NCBI GenBank assembly: GCA_035560975.1
Contig: DATMYL010000022.1
Location: 921-64,920, forward strand
Direction: 5' to 3'
Length of the DNA: 64,000 bases
DNA from: Chlorobaculum sp.
GTDB taxonomy: Bacteria > Bacteroidota > Chlorobiia > Chlorobiales > Chlorobiaceae
Shown: positions 40,542-51,467 of the stretch, in pieces
Layout: the number at the start of each line of letters is the position of its first letter
How positions within the stretch are numbered: the first letter of the stretch is position 1
Translations under genes and position numbers: made by a program
Notes under the pieces: model-generated
Told to the model about the DNA's origin: nothing
The model's input: only the letters and a program-made list of their open reading frames with translations
Database searches by the model: none

Positions 40542-41633
40542 CTACACATTGAACCGGAACACAATAACATCACCGTCTTTGACAATATACTCCTTTCCTT
40601 CGGAACGCATTTTGCCGGCCTCCCGGACCTTCTGCTCGGAGCCGAGGGCGATCAGGTCGGCGTAGTGCATGACCTCTGCCCTGATGAACCCCTTTTCGAA
40701 ATCGGAGTGGATGGCCGCGGCGGCCTCAGGTGCGGCGGCACCCTTGCGGATGGTCCATGCATGGACCTCCTTGACGCCGGCCGTGAAGTAGTTGTGCAGG
40801 CCCAGCAGGTCGTAGGCTGTCCTGATCAGGCGGTCGAGGCCCGACATTTCGAGGCCGAGGCTTTCGAGGAAGTCCGGGCGCTCCTCTTCGGGCAGTTCCG
40901 CGATGTCGGCTTCAGCCTTTGCGCTGATGATCAGCATTTTCGAGCCGCTCGCAGCAGCGATCTCCGCGACCTTCGCGGTATACTCGTTGCCGTCCGGCAG
41001 GTCGTTTTCGGATACATTGGCCGCATACAGTTCCGGCTTGGCAGTCAGCAGGAAGAACTGTTTCGCCATTTCGCGCTCTTCTTCGGTCTCGAGGATCCGG
41101 CGCACCGGTATGCCTTCACCGAGTCCGGCCACGATCTTTTCGCCCAGATCGACGAGCTGCTGCTGCTCCTTCTCCTTGCGGGCGCCTTTTCTGAGTTTGT
41201 CCATCCTCTTCTCCATGCTGTCGAGATCGGCGAGCATGAGTTCGGTTTCGATGGTGGCGATATCGCCGGCAGGGTCGATCTTGCCTTCGACATGGATGAT
41301 GTTCGGGTCGTCGAAACAGCGAACGACGTGGATGATCGCATCGACCTCCCTGATGTGCGACAGGAACTGGTTGCCGAGGCCTTCGCCTTTGCTTGCGCCC
41401 CTGACGAGGCCGGCGATATCGACGATTTCGAGTACTGCAGGAACGAGCACCGGCGTTTTGACGACGTTGGCGATCTCCTGGAGTCGATGGTCGGGAACCA
41501 GAACGCTGCCTACGTTCGGTTCGATGGTGCAGAACGGATAATTGGCAGCTTCGGCCTGTTTGGCCGTGATGGCATTGAAGAGCGTTGATTTGCCGACGTT
41601 GGGCAAACCGACAATGCCGCAGCGAAGTGACAT
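40542..41633 (-). CDS. ychF: Redox-regulated ATPase YchF
   Basis: [52 protein letters not shown]. Confidence 0.98.
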   Translation of the reverse strand: MSLRCGIVGLPNVGKSTLFNAITAKQAEAANYPFCTIEPNVGSVLVPDHRLQEIANVVKTPVLVPAVLEIVDIAGLVRGASKGEGLGNQFLSHIREVDAIIHVVRCFDDPNIIHVEGKIDPAGDIATIETELMLADLDSMEKRMDKLRKGARKEKEQQQLVDLGEKIVAGLGEGIPVRRILETEEEREMAKQFFLLTAKPELYAANVSENDLPDGNEYTAKVAEIAAASGSKMLIISAKAEADIAELPEEERPDFLESLGLEMSGLDRLIRTAYDLLGLHNYFTAGVKEVHAWTIRKGAAAPEAAAAIHSDFEKGFIRAEVMHYADLIALGSEQKVREAGKMRSEGKEYIVKDGDVIVFRFNV

Positions 41634-41747
41634 GGGTGGGCGCGTTTGTTGACGAAAAGGCCGCATCTTCTGCGGTTTTAACATGTACTCAATATGTTTG
41701 GAAAAAGCAAATATTTTTTATAAAATTACAGGCTAAGTCAAAATGCT

Positions 41748-42446
41748 GTGGAGAGTCATATCGGAAAGAAAAATATCATTATTGCCATAGACGGTCCGGC
41801 CGCTTCGGGTAAAAGCACTACGGCACGGATACTGGCCGGCAAGCTGGGTTATATCTATATTGATACCGGTGCAATGTACCGGTCAGTGACGCTCAGGGTG
41901 ATACGGGCAGGGCTGCTCGACGAGCTGCGCCGGGACGCCGCAAGGGTTTCCGGGATACTGCACGATATGACGATCGAATTCCGAGGCGACCGTGTATTCC
42001 TGGACGGGGAGGATGTTTCCGAAGCGATCAGGGAGAACACAGTCAGCCGGGAGGTCAGTTTCATCAGTTCGCTCAAACCGGTCAGGGACAGGCTGCGGGA
42101 ACTTCAGCAGCAGATGGGTGCGGCACGGGGAGTCGTCATGGACGGCCGGGATATCGGCACGGTCGTGTTCCCGGAAGCCGAGCTCAAGATTTTCCTTGTG
42201 GCCGATCCGCGCGAGCGGGCAAGGCGTCGTCATGCCGAGCTGACGCTGAAAGGCGGCAGTACCGGAATTCCGACCGTCGAAGAGCTCGAAGAGGAGATCA
42301 GGAAGCGGGACCGCGATGACGAGGAGCGCACTCTTGCGCCCCTGAAACGCCATCCCGATGCCGTCGTGGTCGATACGTCCACCACGACCATAGAGGAGCA
42401 GGTCGGTCGAGTTTACGACCTGGCCATGCAAATAGTTGGGGAGTAA
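41748..42446 (+). CDS. cmk: Cytidylate kinase
   Basis: [33 protein letters not shown]. Confidence 0.96.
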   Translation: MESHIGKKNIIIAIDGPAASGKSTTARILAGKLGYIYIDTGAMYRSVTLRVIRAGLLDELRRDAARVSGILHDMTIEFRGDRVFLDGEDVSEAIRENTVSREVSFISSLKPVRDRLRELQQQMGAARGVVMDGRDIGTVVFPEAELKIFLVADPRERARRRHAELTLKGGSTGIPTVEELEEEIRKRDRDDEERTLAPLKRHPDAVVVDTSTTTIEEQVGRVYDLAMQIVGE

Positions 42447-42562
42447 AGCCGAAGGAGTGTTATCTTCGGTAGATTTTTTTGTAGATGCATCAATAACCTA
42501 AAACCTGCAGCTTAAATCTCTCGCGGCTGCCGGTAAATCACAAGAGAGGAAGGAAAACATTA

Positions 42563-44317
42563 ATGTCAGAAACACAAACGCTGGAAAAGCTGCAGCCCAA
42601 AGTCGTGCCGGGAAGAAAGAAGATCAAGATTTTCGCCAGTTACGAGCCCGCTGAGCTCGCGCAGATGGAGTCGCTCTATACGAGCACCCTCTCCGAGATC
42701 ACCGAAGAGGAGATCGTAAAGGGACGTATCGTCTCGATCTCGAACAAGGATGTCACCATCGACGTAGGCTTCAAGTCCGAAGGTATCGTTTCGCTTCTCG
42801 AGTTCAGGGACGACGACGAGATCAAGGTCGGAGACGAGGTCGAAGTTTACCTCGAGAACATCGAGGACAAGATGGGTCAGCTCATCCTCTCCAAGAGGAA
42901 AGCCGACGTTCTCAGGATCTGGGACAAGATCTATGATTCAATCGAGAACGACACCATCATCAACGGCAAGATCATCAACAGGGTCAAGGGCGGCATGACG
43001 GTTTCCCTGTCCGGCGTCGAAGCGTTCCTTCCAGGTTCGCAGATCGATGTCAAGCCGGTCCGCGACTTCGATGCCCTCGTCGGAAGGACGATGGACTTCA
43101 GGGTCGTCAAGATCAACCCGGTTACACAGAACATCGTCGTCAGCCACAAGGTCATCCTCGAAGAGGAGTATGCGGCCAAGCGTGAGGAAATGCTCGCCAA
43201 CATCAAGGTCGGCATGGTCCTCGAAGGTACAGTCAAGAACATCACCGATTTCGGTATTTTCGTCGATCTCGGCGGTCTTGACGGCCTCGTTCATATCACC
43301 GATATCACCTGGGGCAGGATCAACCATCCGTCCGAAGTGGTCGAGCTCGATCAGCCGATCAAGGTCGTTGTCGTCGGCTTCGACGAGAACACCAAGAGGG
43401 TCTCTCTCGGCATGAAGCAGCTCGAAGCCCATCCGTGGGAAAATATCGAAATCAAATACCCTGTCGGCATCAAGGCGAAAGGCCGCGTTGTGTCGATCAC
43501 CGATTACGGCGCATTCGTCGAGATCGAGAAAGGAATCGAAGGCCTTGTCCACATCTCTGAAATGAGTTGGACGCAGCACATCAAGCATCCGAGCCAGTTC
43601 GTGTCGCTCGATCAGGAAGTCGAATGTGTCATCCTGAACATCGACAAGGAGCACACCAAGCTGTCGCTTTCCATGAAGCGCGTCAACGAAGATCCGTGGA
43701 TCGCCCTCTCCGAGAAATACATCGAGAGTTCGCTGCATAAGGGCGTAGTGAGCAACATCACCGATTTCGGTGTGTTTGTCGAGCTCGAGCCCGGCGTCGA
43801 CGGCCTGGTCCACATCTCCGACCTTTCCTGGACCAAGAAGATCCGCCATCCCAGCGAGCTGGTGAAGAAGAACCAGGAGCTCGAAGTCAAGGTGCTGAAG
43901 TTCGACGTCAACGCACGCAGGATCGCTCTCGGCCACAAACAGATCAACAACGATCCCTGGGGCGAGTTCGAGCAGAAGTACGCAGTAGGAGCTGAAACTC
44001 CCGGTCAGATTTCCCAGATCATCGAGAAGGGCGTCATCGTGATCCTTCCTGGCGATGTAGACGGCTTCGTGCCGGTCTCGCATCTCCTTCAGGGCGGTGT
44101 CAAGGACATCCACTCATCATTCAAGGTGGGTGACGAACTTCCGCTGAGGGTCATCGAGTTCGACAAGGAGAACAAGCGTATCATCCTTTCCGCCCTTGAG
44201 TACTTCAAGGACAAGAACAAGGAAGAGATCGAGGCTTACCTCCTGGCTCACCCGAACGAGAAAAAAGAGATCGAGGACGCCAGCGCCGAGCTGGAGCCCC
44301 AGCCGAAAGGCCGCTGA
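42563..44317 (+). CDS. rpsA: 30S ribosomal protein S1
   Basis: Six S1 repeats ([44 protein letters not shown]). Confidence 0.98.
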   Translation: MSETQTLEKLQPKVVPGRKKIKIFASYEPAELAQMESLYTSTLSEITEEEIVKGRIVSISNKDVTIDVGFKSEGIVSLLEFRDDDEIKVGDEVEVYLENIEDKMGQLILSKRKADVLRIWDKIYDSIENDTIINGKIINRVKGGMTVSLSGVEAFLPGSQIDVKPVRDFDALVGRTMDFRVVKINPVTQNIVVSHKVILEEEYAAKREEMLANIKVGMVLEGTVKNITDFGIFVDLGGLDGLVHITDITWGRINHPSEVVELDQPIKVVVVGFDENTKRVSLGMKQLEAHPWENIEIKYPVGIKAKGRVVSITDYGAFVEIEKGIEGLVHISEMSWTQHIKHPSQFVSLDQEVECVILNIDKEHTKLSLSMKRVNEDPWIALSEKYIESSLHKGVVSNITDFGVFVELEPGVDGLVHISDLSWTKKIRHPSELVKKNQELEVKVLKFDVNARRIALGHKQINNDPWGEFEQKYAVGAETPGQISQIIEKGVIVILPGDVDGFVPVSHLLQGGVKDIHSSFKVGDELPLRVIEFDKENKRIILSALEYFKDKNKEEIEAYLLAHPNEKKEIEDASAELEPQPKGR

Positions 44318-44339
44318 TCACTTTTATTACAGTTGTAGT

Positions 44340-44377
44340 AACAAAAAACCCTTCCCGCAACGGAAGGGTTTTTTGTT
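44340..44377. terminator. Intrinsic terminator after cmk-rpsA
   Basis: AACAAAAAACCCTTCC-CGCAAC-GGAAGGGTTTTTTGTT. Confidence 0.88.
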
Positions 44378-44412
44378 TTAGGGGAGGTGGGGGGAAGAGA
44401 AGAAAATGTGGG

Positions 44413-44550
44413 AAATGGACTGAATGGACGTAATGGACAGAATGTGGGAATGGACGTAATGGACAAGAAAAGAGAAGAAAATGCAAAGAGCAAAGACTGT
44501 TTGGCGCGTCCATAACGTCCATTCAGTCCATTACGTCCATCAAGTCCATT
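44413..44550. repeat. Inverted pair of 9-bp-period ATGGAC/GTCCAT arrays
   Basis: GGAC at 44417, 44426, 44435, 44452, 44461; GTCC at 44508, 44517, 44526, 44535, 44544. Confidence 0.9.
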
Positions 44551-44592
44551 CTTTTCGCGCCTTCTCTTCGCGCCATTCTTCCCGCGCCCTCT

Positions 44593-45579
44593 TCAATACC
44601 CGTAACTCTTCAGCAGGTTCTTCTTCTTCCTCCAGTCCGGGCGGACCTTGACGAAGATTTCCAGATAGACAGGCCTTCCGAGCATGGTTTCGATATCGAG
44701 GCGTGCTGCCTGGCCGAGCTTTTTCAGCGCGGCCCCTTTTGTGCCGACGATGATCTGCTTCTGGCTGTTGCGTTCGACGATGATCGAACAGCGGATCAGC
44801 TCTTTTTTCCTCGGGTCATTTTCGTGCTGTTCCTTGAACTCGTCGATGACCACTTCGGTCGAGTAGGGGATCTCACGCCCGTACAGGATGAAGATCTTTT
44901 CGCGGACAATTTCGCCGGCAAAGAAACGTTCCGGCTCGGTGCTCAGGATGTCATCCGGATAGAGCGGCTCGTCGAGCGGAAGAAGAGGCCTGATAAGCTC
45001 TACCAGCTCTGCGACGTTGCTGCCCTTCAGGGCGGACAGTGCAGGGACGGCCACCGGGCTATAAGCTTCCAGGAGCTCCTTCTGCACCTTGGCAACGATA
45101 GTATCTTCGACCAGGTCGGACTTGTTCAGGGCTATGAGGAACGGTTTGCCTGCGGGCCTGACCCACTGGTTGATCAGCTCTTCGGTAAACTTCCTGTCGA
45201 ACGGTTCTTCACCTTTGACGAGGGGGATAAGGGCCACGATAACGTCGGATTCCCTGAGCGACTGCCTGGTTATTTCAAGCATGGACTCATGCAGGGACTG
45301 TTTCGGGTCCATGATTCCTGGCGTATCGAGGATGACAATCTGGCTCCGGTCGTCATGGTAGATTCCGGTTATTTTTTTCCTTGTTGTTTGCGGTTTTGGG
45401 GTTACAATAGATAGCTTATGATCGAGCAGGCGATTCAGTAGTGTCGATTTTCCGGCATTAGGCGCACCGACGAAGGCCGCATGGCCGCAGGTGAATGAAG
45501 ATGGCTGCACTGATGGTTCCAGTTGTGTTGTTCCGCAGTTCCGATCAGAGTCGATTTGCTTGCCGATCGTCTGTTTCAT
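44593..45579 (-). CDS. era: GTPase Era
   Basis: [24 protein letters not shown] domain ([15 protein letters not shown]). Confidence 0.96.
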   Translation of the reverse strand: MKQTIGKQIDSDRNCGTTQLEPSVQPSSFTCGHAAFVGAPNAGKSTLLNRLLDHKLSIVTPKPQTTRKKITGIYHDDRSQIVILDTPGIMDPKQSLHESMLEITRQSLRESDVIVALIPLVKGEEPFDRKFTEELINQWVRPAGKPFLIALNKSDLVEDTIVAKVQKELLEAYSPVAVPALSALKGSNVAELVELIRPLLPLDEPLYPDDILSTEPERFFAGEIVREKIFILYGREIPYSTEVVIDEFKEQHENDPRKKELIRCSIIVERNSQKQIIVGTKGAALKKLGQAARLDIETMLGRPVYLEIFVKVRPDWRKKKNLLKSYGY

Positions 45580-45610
45580 AAGATAACATGATGTACATCC
45601 CCTTCAAGAA

Positions 45611-46837
45611 GTGATGGAAAAGATAAATAAACTCGACCCGTGGCTTGTGATCCCAACGGCAGGTATGATTGTCATGGGTCTGATGGCAGTATACAGCGCG
45701 ACTCATGGGTCAGGTGAAACCGGCCTGTTTTTCAGGCAGCTCTCATGGGCTATCGCGGGAGTAGTTGTCGTTGCGGCGATCTACTACTCCGATTACCGTT
45801 TTTTCAAGGACAGCGCCTACATAATGTACGGTGCGGGGATCGTTCTCCTGCTCACCGTGCTTGTATTCGGCAGGAAGATTGCGGGCCAGACAAGCTGGGT
45901 GCGTTTCGGTATGTTCAGCTTCCAGCCGTCCGAGCTTACCAAGATGATTACGATTGTCACCATGGCAAGGTTTCTGTCTGATGACCAGACCGATATAAAG
46001 AATGTCGTGGACCTTGCCAAAGCGCTCGCAATAGCCTTTGTCCCTGCCGGTCTGGTGCTGATGCAGCCCGATACGGGAACGACCCTGACCTGCCTCTCAT
46101 TCGTCATACCAATGATCGTTCTGGCCGGATTCGATCTTTATTATATAATGCTCGCGGTTGTTCCTGTTGCGCTGATGCTGTCCGGATTTTTCAATATCAC
46201 TATTCTGGTGACGATAGCCATTGTATCGATGGTCATGTTTATCCTGCTCAGGAAACAGGTGCTTCTCCACCAGCTTCTGGTGACGGGCGGAGGAGTGGCG
46301 AGCGGGTTGCTGACCTGGAAGTTTACGGCATCGATCCTGAAGCCTCACCAGATCAAAAGGATACAGATATTCCTCGATCCCAGGGCGGACCCTCAGGGGG
46401 CCGGCTACAATGCGCTCCAGGCCAGGATCGCTATCGCATCCGGAGGCTTTTTTGGCAAGGGCTTTCTGCATGGAACTCAGACACAGCTTCGATATATTCC
46501 TGCCCAGTGGACCGATTTTATCTTTTGCGTTATTGCCGAAGAGCTTGGTCTTCTGGGCTCGGTATTATTGCTTGTTTTTTACCTTGTGCTCATTCTCCGG
46601 CTTGTATGGATGGTGGGCGCCATCAAGAACAAGTTTGTCGAGTTGATGCTTGCCGGTTATGCATCCCTGCTTTTGACTCATGTCGTTATCAATATCGGGA
46701 TGACTATAGGGGTAATGCCTGTTATCGGAGTGCCACTTCCTTTTATATCATATGGAGGTTCTTCTCTCGTCGCCAATATGATGATGGTCGGTCTGGCTAT
46801 GAATTTCTGCAGGAACCGGAGAAATATTGGTTACTGA
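45611..46837 (+). CDS. rodA: Rod shape-determining protein RodA
   Basis: [45 protein letters not shown]. Confidence 0.93.
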   Translation: MMEKINKLDPWLVIPTAGMIVMGLMAVYSATHGSGETGLFFRQLSWAIAGVVVVAAIYYSDYRFFKDSAYIMYGAGIVLLLTVLVFGRKIAGQTSWVRFGMFSFQPSELTKMITIVTMARFLSDDQTDIKNVVDLAKALAIAFVPAGLVLMQPDTGTTLTCLSFVIPMIVLAGFDLYYIMLAVVPVALMLSGFFNITILVTIAIVSMVMFILLRKQVLLHQLLVTGGGVASGLLTWKFTASILKPHQIKRIQIFLDPRADPQGAGYNALQARIAIASGGFFGKGFLHGTQTQLRYIPAQWTDFIFCVIAEELGLLGSVLLLVFYLVLILRLVWMVGAIKNKFVELMLAGYASLLLTHVVINIGMTIGVMPVIGVPLPFISYGGSSLVANMMMVGLAMNFCRNRRNIGY

Positions 46838-46856
46838 ACGGATTGTTCCAGATTGC

Positions 46857-46906
46857 GGTTAACGAAAAAAGGCTGCCCTTCCTTGGGCAGCCTTTTTTCG
46901 TTAACC
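46857..46906. terminator. Bidirectional terminator with a perfect 22-bp stem
   Basis: GGTTAACGAAAAAAGGCTGCCC-TTCCTT-GGGCAGCCTTTTTTCGTTAACC between convergent genes. Confidence 0.88.
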
Positions 46907-46941
46907 GGTGAACGGTTTGAAACCGATATCTCTCTGTAAAA

Positions 46942-47406
46942 TCAGCGTTTGATCTGATATACGAAACGTTTTCCTCCATCGCCTACAGGAATACGTTCGA
47001 TCTCAGGATCGACGTTGCCGTATTTGTTGAACCAGAGGCTCACAGCAGTGCCTTTGGTCTGTAATGCAGCTGCAATTTCACGAGGTTTGAACGCTTTGTC
47101 TGGATTTGACTGGAGCAGGCTCTTGATCGAAGCTCCGAGTTTTCCGCGTCCGAACTTGGCTGTACCGGGCTTTGCAACGGTGCCGCCTTCAATTTTTGAC
47201 AGATTGGATTCGAGTTTTTTGACGATGGCATTCAGTTCGTTTTCATAAGGGCGAATCGTTTCCTCGAATTGAACTCGCAAGGTTGCGATTTTTTCCTTCA
47301 ATTCGTTTTTTTCTTTGTTCAGTGCTTTAAAATCATCGACATTCAGAATGTAGAGGTCGAATTTGTCTGGCGATAACTCTTTTCTTGTGGCGCTCATTGT
47401 TGTCAA
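46942..47406 (-). CDS. Hypothetical protein: N-terminal coiled coil plus putative C-terminal winged-helix DNA-binding domain
   Basis: Heptad-like LNKEKNELKEKIATLRVQFEE...; HTH-like 'FKPREIAAALQTKGTAVSLWF'; wing-like 'GKRFVYQIKR'. Confidence 0.7.
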   Translation of the reverse strand: MTTMSATRKELSPDKFDLYILNVDDFKALNKEKNELKEKIATLRVQFEETIRPYENELNAIVKKLESNLSKIEGGTVAKPGTAKFGRGKLGASIKSLLQSNPDKAFKPREIAAALQTKGTAVSLWFNKYGNVDPEIERIPVGDGGKRFVYQIKR

Positions 47407-47632
47407 CTTGTGTTTTGGAAAAAAAACTCTATTCCCGAATAAATATACTACGATTATAGTAAATATAGCAACAGGAGAATGAAAAAATGGTGTTTTATCA
47501 GATTTGACGGTATAAGGTATGTATATAAACCTGTCACATTACTGCAGAATTGTCGAGCCCTATGTTACGTCAAAATGATACTTCAGATTGCTACTGCGAA
47601 CGATTACTTCAAATAGTTGAAAGATCAGTTAT

Positions 47633-48985
47633 ATGAAACAAAAAAGTGTTGCTGCCGTAACTCTTGGTTGTAAAGTCAACTATGCAGAAACGTCGGCGAT
47701 TCTCGACTTACTTGTTTCACAAGGGTGGAGGTTGAGTCGGGTAGAGGATGGTGCGGATCTTTTTATCGTGCATACCTGTGCTGTTACCGGACAGGCTGAG
47801 AAAAAGACCAGGCAGCAGATACGGAAAATTATCAGAAAGAATCCCGGAAGCAGGGTGGCGGTCATCGGTTGCTATGCGCAGCTCGACCCGGACAGGCTCG
47901 CGGGAATCGACGGAGTGTCGGTTGTCCTGGGAACGACTGACAAATTCACAATCTCGAACTACGTATACGAACCAGAGCCCGGAGATGCATCTCCTCTGGT
48001 GAAGGTGTCATCAGTCAGGGAACTCAGCGTCGCATATCCTGCGAACTCCCTGCTCAGCCAGCCCGAACAGGGAAGAACCCGTGCGTTCCTGAAGATACAG
48101 GACGGGTGCAGTTACGGGTGCGCCTATTGTACCATTCCTCTGGCCAGGGGTCGCTCTCGGTCGGTTCCTGTAGATGCCCTGCTTGACAGCGCTGCGAAAA
48201 TCGCCGATGCCGGGTATCGCGAAATTGTGCTGACTGGGATCAACATCGCGGACTACCGTGACGGTGATATCGGGTTTTCCGCTTTTCTGAGGCGACTTGA
48301 GACGGTTGACGTCAGCCGGATCCGAATCGGATCGGTCGAACCCGATCTGCTCGATGATGAGCTGGTGGAAACGGTGGCGGCTTCCGGAAAAATTATGCCC
48401 CATTTTCATTTGCCGTTGCAGAGCGGTTCCGACAGGGTGCTCAGGGCTATGGGCCGACATTACGATACGAAGAACTACCGCGAACGGATATTGAAAGCAG
48501 TGTCCTCGATTTCAGGCTGCGGTATCGGAGCTGATGTTATGATTGGATATCCCGGTGAGAGCGAAAGCGAATTCGAGGAGATGTACCATTTTATCGAAGG
48601 ACTTCCAGCTGCTTACCTTCATGTGTTCACCTGTTCGGTAAGGCCGGGGACGCAGCTTTTCCGTCAGGTTAAAGAAAGGCAATCGATGAGGGTGCATCCT
48701 GACGAAGCAGCATCGAGGTATGACAGGCTGATTGATCTCGGCCAGAGGATCGAACGGCGCTTTGCAGGATCGTTCATCGGAAACAGGCTGCGCGTGCTGT
48801 TCGAGGAGAGTCTGCCAATCGGTGGCGGCATTGTGCGATGGAGCGGTTACAGCGGGAATTACCTGAGAGTCGAAGCAGATGTCGAAGAAGGCATGATGCT
48901 CGGAGATATCAGAGGCAGCGAATATGACGTGTTCGTCGAAGGCTTCGGGGATGGTTTGCAATTACATGGCAGACTATTATTTTGA
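47633..48985 (+). CDS. mtaB: tRNA (t6A37) methylthiotransferase MtaB
   Basis: TLGCKVNY, HTCAVT, QDGCSYGCAYC (radical SAM motif), GRSRS, HFHLPLQSGSD. Confidence 0.9.
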   Translation: MKQKSVAAVTLGCKVNYAETSAILDLLVSQGWRLSRVEDGADLFIVHTCAVTGQAEKKTRQQIRKIIRKNPGSRVAVIGCYAQLDPDRLAGIDGVSVVLGTTDKFTISNYVYEPEPGDASPLVKVSSVRELSVAYPANSLLSQPEQGRTRAFLKIQDGCSYGCAYCTIPLARGRSRSVPVDALLDSAAKIADAGYREIVLTGINIADYRDGDIGFSAFLRRLETVDVSRIRIGSVEPDLLDDELVETVAASGKIMPHFHLPLQSGSDRVLRAMGRHYDTKNYRERILKAVSSISGCGIGADVMIGYPGESESEFEEMYHFIEGLPAAYLHVFTCSVRPGTQLFRQVKERQSMRVHPDEAASRYDRLIDLGQRIERRFAGSFIGNRLRVLFEESLPIGGGIVRWSGYSGNYLRVEADVEEGMMLGDIRGSEYDVFVEGFGDGLQLHGRLLF

Positions 48986-49033
48986 TGACTTGCATGTAAT
49001 TGCCAGTCTTTACCAATTCCAACTTACATCGAA

Positions 49034-49567
49034 ATGCCCATCAAATCCCGGATTCGTACTGTTCCCGATTACCCCAAGAAAGGGATCATGTTCCGCGACA
49101 TCACCACGCTCATCAAGGATCCGGTCGGATTCCGCCTGGTAATCGACAACATGACGCAGCATTATCTGTCCAAAGGCCTGGATTTCGATGTGATCGTCGG
49201 AATTGAAGCCCGGGGATTCATCCTTGGTGGCGCGCTCGCCTACACTCTCGGCAAGGGTTTCGTGCCTGTCAGGAAACCGGGCAAGTTGCCGGCTGACGTG
49301 GTTCAGTTCGAATACGAGCTCGAGTACGGCAGCGACAAGATCGAGATGCATATCGATGCCATCCAGAAGGGACAGCGGGTTCTGCTCGTAGATGACCTGC
49401 TCGCCACCGGCGGCACGGCACTCGCCGCGGCAGCACTCGTCGAGAAGGTCGGCGGCGTTGTCGCAGGTATGACCTTCATCGTTAACCTTCCCGATATCGG
49501 CGGAGAGAAGAAGATCCTCGAAAAGGGCTACAGCATTTATTCACTGACTGAATTCGAAGGGGACTGA
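49034..49567 (+). CDS. apt: Adenine phosphoribosyltransferase
   Basis: PDYPKKGIMFRDIT, EARGF, RKPGKLP, LLVDDLLATGGT. Confidence 0.97.
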   Translation: MPIKSRIRTVPDYPKKGIMFRDITTLIKDPVGFRLVIDNMTQHYLSKGLDFDVIVGIEARGFILGGALAYTLGKGFVPVRKPGKLPADVVQFEYELEYGSDKIEMHIDAIQKGQRVLLVDDLLATGGTALAAAALVEKVGGVVAGMTFIVNLPDIGGEKKILEKGYSIYSLTEFEGD

Positions 49568-49595
49568 TCCCTTGCCTTATACCGGAGGCCCTGTT

Positions 49596-51041
49596 ATGCA
49601 CCTTACCAGGCAGTTCAAGCGTACCGCAGCTTCCGGAGCCTCATTTCTTCTGTTCATGGCCGTTCCTGCCGTCGCTTGTTCCGAAACGGCGGCAGGTGGC
49701 GGACAGCATTCCGCCCTGCCCCCTCCCTGGCTTGTCATGCCGTTTCTCGTTCTTCTCCTGATGATCGCGACAGGCCCCCTGTTCTATTCCCGGTTCTGGG
49801 AGCACCATTACAAGAAAGTCTCCATCGCCCTCGGAACTTCGGTATCGCTCTGGTATGCTTTTGGAATGGAATATGGCCCGTATCGCCTTGAACATGCCCT
49901 CGAAGAGTACCTGTCGTTTATCGCCCTCCTTTCCTCGCTGTTCATAGTCGCCGGCGGTATACTGATCAGGATCGGGCGCAGGGGTTCCCCGTTAGTGAAC
50001 GGGTCGCTGCTGCTGTTCGGTGCTGTCCTGGCCAATGTCATAGGTACTACAGGTGCCTCCATGCTGCTGATCCGTCCCTATCTCAGGATCAACGAGGGGC
50101 GCCTCAAGCCATTCCATATCGTTTTCTTCATTTTCATCGTCAGCAATATCGGCGGAGCCATGACCCCGATAGGCGATCCTCCGTTATTCCTGGGTTTTCT
50201 GAGAGGGGTGCCTTTTTTCTGGGTTCTTGGCCATCTCTGGCTGCCATGGCTCGTGTCTGTCGTCGTTCTTTGCCTGATCCTCATGGGGCTCGATGCAATG
50301 TCCGTCAAGTCGGAACCGAAACTTCAGGGTTCAGGCGGTATCCAGATCAGGGGGGGGAGGAATTTCCTGTACCTCGGGCTACTGATCTTCTCGGTATTCC
50401 TCGATCCATCTGTTATCGATGGCTTTCCTGATCTCCGGCAGTTGTTTCATCTCCCATTCGGCATCAGGGAACTGATCATGGGCTCAATTGCTATAGCCGC
50501 GTATAAAACCGCAGACAGGGAGGCGCTTAAAGGAAACGAGTTTAATTTTGAGCCGATCAAGGAGGTCGCATTCCTTTTTATAGGCATCTTCGCCACCATG
50601 ATTCCTGCACTTCAACTCATAGAGGCCTATGCCCATGAACATGCTGGCCAGTTCAGTGTCACCCGATTCTACTGGTTTACCGGTCTCCTCTCCGGAGTGC
50701 TTGACAATGCGCCGACTTATCTCAACTTTCTTGCAGCGGCACTCGGCAAGTTCGGCCTCGATGCCGGCAGCGCTGCAAACGTAAGGCAATTCGCACAGGG
50801 AGTCCCGTCGCCGGTTGCAGGTGACGCTTCATCACAACTCTACCTGCTGGCCATATCGGCGGCATCCGTTTTTTTCGGGGCACTCACCTATATCGGCAAT
50901 GCCCCGAACTTCATGGTCAGGAACATCGCGGCGCAGACCGGGGCCGAAGTTCCCGATTTCGTGGAGTATATTGTTCGTTATTCTATCCCGTTGCTTCTCC
51001 CGGTGTTTGGAGCGCTTTGGTACATCATGTTCAATATTTAG
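49596..51041 (+). CDS. Putative sodium:proton antiporter (ion-transporter superfamily)
   Basis: Many TMs; ANVIGTTGAS, SNIGGAMTPIGDPP, LDNAPTY, YIGNAPNFMV; GGAGG SD before ATG 49596. Confidence 0.8.
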   Translation: MHLTRQFKRTAASGASFLLFMAVPAVACSETAAGGGQHSALPPPWLVMPFLVLLLMIATGPLFYSRFWEHHYKKVSIALGTSVSLWYAFGMEYGPYRLEHALEEYLSFIALLSSLFIVAGGILIRIGRRGSPLVNGSLLLFGAVLANVIGTTGASMLLIRPYLRINEGRLKPFHIVFFIFIVSNIGGAMTPIGDPPLFLGFLRGVPFFWVLGHLWLPWLVSVVVLCLILMGLDAMSVKSEPKLQGSGGIQIRGGRNFLYLGLLIFSVFLDPSVIDGFPDLRQLFHLPFGIRELIMGSIAIAAYKTADREALKGNEFNFEPIKEVAFLFIGIFATMIPALQLIEAYAHEHAGQFSVTRFYWFTGLLSGVLDNAPTYLNFLAAALGKFGLDAGSAANVRQFAQGVPSPVAGDASSQLYLLAISAASVFFGALTYIGNAPNFMVRNIAAQTGAEVPDFVEYIVRYSIPLLLPVFGALWYIMFNI

Positions 51042-51047
51042 CCGTCC

Positions 51048-51437
51048 ATGACCAGTTTCATCGAAGTCATACGCGAAGGCAGAACCGGCCTGGTATTTGC
51101 CAATTCGCTCTTTCTGCCATTCCATTTTGAGCTCATCAGCATATGGATCGGCAAGGAGATGTCACTGCTCGCCAAGCCCGAAATCATTGTCGACCTTGGC
51201 GAAAACAGTCAGGATGTAGTTCTGCGTGAGGGGGCGACCTATACCAATATCGTCCTACGGAGGTACAGGGATCTGGCCCATGAATTCGGGAACGGTAAAG
51301 GCCATGTCATCCTCTATGCGGCCGAAAAGGGTTCGGACATATTCAGGCCGGAAAACCGGCACTATATCCGGATAAGTCTTCAGAAGCCGCATAAAGAGAT
51401 CACCTTCGAACTCATCGAGGATCCCTATCAACTTTGA
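51048..51437 (+). CDS. Hypothetical soluble protein
   Basis: 129-aa ORF starting 6 nt after the antiporter; coding-like codon usage; no recognised motif. Confidence 0.7.
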   Translation: MTSFIEVIREGRTGLVFANSLFLPFHFELISIWIGKEMSLLAKPEIIVDLGENSQDVVLREGATYTNIVLRRYRDLAHEFGNGKGHVILYAAEKGSDIFRPENRHYIRISLQKPHKEITFELIEDPYQL

Positions 51438-51467
51438 CGCGCGGTCCAGGCAACGTCGGCGGTTCAT

